From the NCBI RefSeq assembly GCF_009914755.1, contig NC_060938.1: 64,000 nucleotides of DNA. One strand, 5' to 3'. The stretch is from the human T2T-CHM13v2.0 reference genome, Homo sapiens. The notes under the pieces were generated by a model. That model did no database searches. It was not told where the DNA came from and saw only the letters and a program-made list of their open reading frames with translations. Positions 60,939 through 64,000 of this stretch are shown here, in pieces (position 1 is the first letter of the stretch; each line of letters opens with the position of its first letter). The position numbers were made by a program, and so were the translations under genes.

Positions 60939-62327
60939 GTATGAACAGCAGTTGTATTTTGATGCATATAAACATAGCAGTTTTGAATACCCAAAAAAAC
61001 TACTACATTTTGAGATGCCTTCTAATTTTTTTTTTTATTAATTGTTAATATTGTTACTTGCTACCCACAAAATACCATAAAACAACAGAAAGAGAACATG
61101 TCCTTCTCGTTCTCCTACTTACAGAACAATGGGGAGAGAGGAGGGAAGAGGGTGCTGGTTGTGTGGATACCATGATGGTTAGATGCATGGCACCTTCTAC
61201 TTCCAAGTCTTTGAATGCTGCATCATCTACCATCCTATAGCTCATTACCCTAAAAGCAGAAGAGGTTCATTAACTGCAGTTGAACTTTAAAAGGCATTCT
61301 GTTGTTTATGATAGTTTCCATATGCACAAACTTGTCATTTTTTTTTTTCCTTAAGAATGGCAGATAACTTCTCTGTGAGCGAAGACTCAGCTTTGAGTAG
61401 CTTTGTTTTCAGTGTTTCTTGGCATCAATCTGGTTATGTTGTTGGGGCATTACTGGCCTTCCATTAAGCATTTCTACATAGAGCTTAATGTTTCCTAAAT
61501 AGAAAATGAGTCACTATCTAGGCTGCTCTATCTATGGAGTAGTGATTCTTTTACTTGATTTCACACACACACACAGAGTCACTATCTAAAGAAATGTGCC
61601 TCCATTACCTACTTTTAAAGTTATGAATTATTTAAAGATTATATAACCTATTGCTTATAATTTAAGAGCAACAGACAAGATTATATTTTAAAATACTGTA
61701 AAGGTTTTTTGAAAAGACAGTATGCGCAAATACAGACCACATTGTTGTATAACAGCCAGAGATGGATGATCAAAACACTCTGCAGCCGTCATGAGAAAAA
61801 GTCAGAACAGCTGACAACTAGTACACGTACATAACTTTGCTCATTATCCCCATTCTATCAAATATATACATAGTAAGAAAATTTTTAAGAGAAAGAAAAA
61901 TCAAATGGCTTGGCCATTGTTCTTTGAGCAGCATCAAAGCTCCAGCAGTGATTTTCCAAGCCAGGAGTCCCCTCTCTTCAGGCTGATCCCCTTGTTTCAC
62001 AGCTCTTTGGCTCTTACCTCTGTCCATAGAGTGACCTACACCTCACCTCTGCCCTGTTGCCATCTAACATATAGTTCTTATGAACAGCTGGCTCCCCAGA
62101 GACTTTCAATGTCTTCCTGTTAATCTTCTGTTTGCTCTCTTGAGGCATGGGAGCTAATTATGCAGATTAAGAAGATATTTACCAAAACTCAAACTTCCTT
62201 AAAATTCAACTTTTTTAGGAGAACAAGTTTATTAATTTGATCACTGTCAGTATTTCAAGATTCATCTTATTGGCCTTGTCAGATGATAAAACAGTTATGA
62301 TGTATCCATTGCAAAAATGTAGATGAT

Positions 62328-62624
<297 letters not shown>

Positions 62625-62665
62625 GTGGGTGACAGAAAGATATTACTGTTTTCTTGTAACTACAG

Positions 62666-62719
62666 GTTTGATCCATCTTCTTGGGAATCTGTGGCCAATG
62701 AAGAAATGTGGCAAGCGAG
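62666..62719 (+). CDS. TMEM260: TMEM260 exon 14 (54 nt, c.1725-1778): FDPSSWESVANEEMWQA(R); the gene continues beyond the window
   Basis: Acceptor ttcttgtaactacag, donor GAG|gtgact; end of ORF 62526..62723. Confidence 0.95.
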
Positions 62720-62819
62720 GTGACTATTCTGCATTTTTGTGTGTGCAGTCTATTTTTAATATGGCAGGGAAGTAGCTTATGGCACTTTTAATTTTGAGAG
62801 TAGGGGTGAGTAGTGATAA

Positions 62820-63240
62820 TAAAAATAGCATTTATGAGCAATTATGTTTTTGAGGCACTGTACTAATCATTATACATGAATATTTCAGTTCATCCACACA
62901 ATAACCTCTGAGGTTATTTTGATCCCCATTTTATAAAAGAACAAACTGGATGTGGAAAGGCTACTTGTCCAAGGGCACACTGCTGCTAGTGATGGAGTCC
63001 AAAGTTCACATCTGTCTGCCTCTGGAACACTCATCTAACTAAAGTGAGTGTAATCGATTGAGTAGAAATTAATCATTACAACCTCGCCTCCATTTGTAAT
63101 GTGCCTGTCAATTAGTTAAGCACTTATTCAGTACTTACTGGAGGCCAGGCACTGGGCTAGGCATTGAAGCTACACATATGAATATGACACAGTTCCTACC
63201 CTCATGAAGCTCATAGTCTAATGAGCAGACAGACATGTTA
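62820..63240 (-). mobile_element. MIR and L2 3'-end fragments
   Basis: cacaataacctctgagg...cccattttata...cttgtccaagggcacac; cacttattcagtacttact...ccaggcactgggctagg. Confidence 0.65.
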
Positions 63241-64000
63241 AAGGAGATTGAAATATTAATCTGATGGAGCCTATACTTTCCTGTAGTTCAGAGAGGACAG
63301 CTGTCATCCTGTCCTGTATGGAACATTTCATAGTGATGGCAACTGCTTCTTTTGGTTCCTGTCATTGTTTTGTTTTTTAATCAAAATAACACTAACAAAC
63401 TCTGGCCTAAGTATTAATGTAAAAGTCCTAAGTAGTGCAGACGGAGTATCTTGTACATAAGGAGTGCTTCCTTCAGCAAAAATGTATTGATGTCCAGTCT
63501 GAGCCAGGGACTGTGTGCACTGAGAACAGTTATGATATAAAGAGCTTATATAAGTTTAAAGAGGTTTTTAAAGAGTGGTCAAGAAATACAGCTGCAAAAT
63601 AATGATTGCAAATATATATATATATATACTATAGTTTATGCAATAGTATTTTTGAATAAGTCAGAAAATAGCATATTTTAAGTTGTCATTGTAGTCATAG
63701 GGACAAATTCTTACTTTAAGGAACTGATCAAAGATATACCATATGTTTGCATAATTCACTGTGATTGAATGTGGGAAAGCGGGGAAGAAATCACATAAAA
63801 GAAGAAAGAGGTCATTATTTGCACAGGTATTGATTTAATTGGCGTTCTGAATACAACTTGGATGAGTTCATGGGGTCTAAGGGTCTGGCCACCTTGGAAG
63901 AACTGGGCACACATGGCATGAGCTTCGTGTTGGGTACCTTCAGGGATGTGTTGGCAGACTCAGCAGGTTTCCCTTTTCCTGGCTTCTCTTGCATAACAAT

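Overview
Primate, almost certainly human, genomic DNA (Alu/L1/MIR/MLT/MER repeats). It holds the CpG-island promoter and coding exons 1-14 of TMEM260 (C14orf101) on the + strand. I assembled the exons by hand: all junctions are GT-AG and phase-consistent, giving c.1-1778 (592 codons + 2 nt). The last exons lie beyond the window. TMEM260 is a DUF2723/GT-C-type ER membrane protein reported as the protein O-mannosyltransferase for IPT domains of plexins, MET and RON, so the headline system here is already described. I saw no foreign, prokaryotic, CRISPR or RNA-gene sequence. The most interesting unexplained signals are: (1) exon-11 skipping and intron-10 read-through give the same 409-aa product; (2) a second AUG in exon 1 rejoins the main frame if micro-exon 2 is skipped; (3) a young Alu with Yb8 diagnostics but an AluY-type 3' end, whose target-site duplication copies a splice donor next to a candidate poison exon; (4) a repeat-poor, motif-rich stretch of intron 3 that looks like long-range enhancers, plausibly for neighbouring OTX2; (5) a promoter CTCF site with the upstream motif; (6) several exact hairpins and direct repeats. 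Repeat boundaries and subfamily names were judged by eye and are approximate unless a TSD or TIR is quoted.
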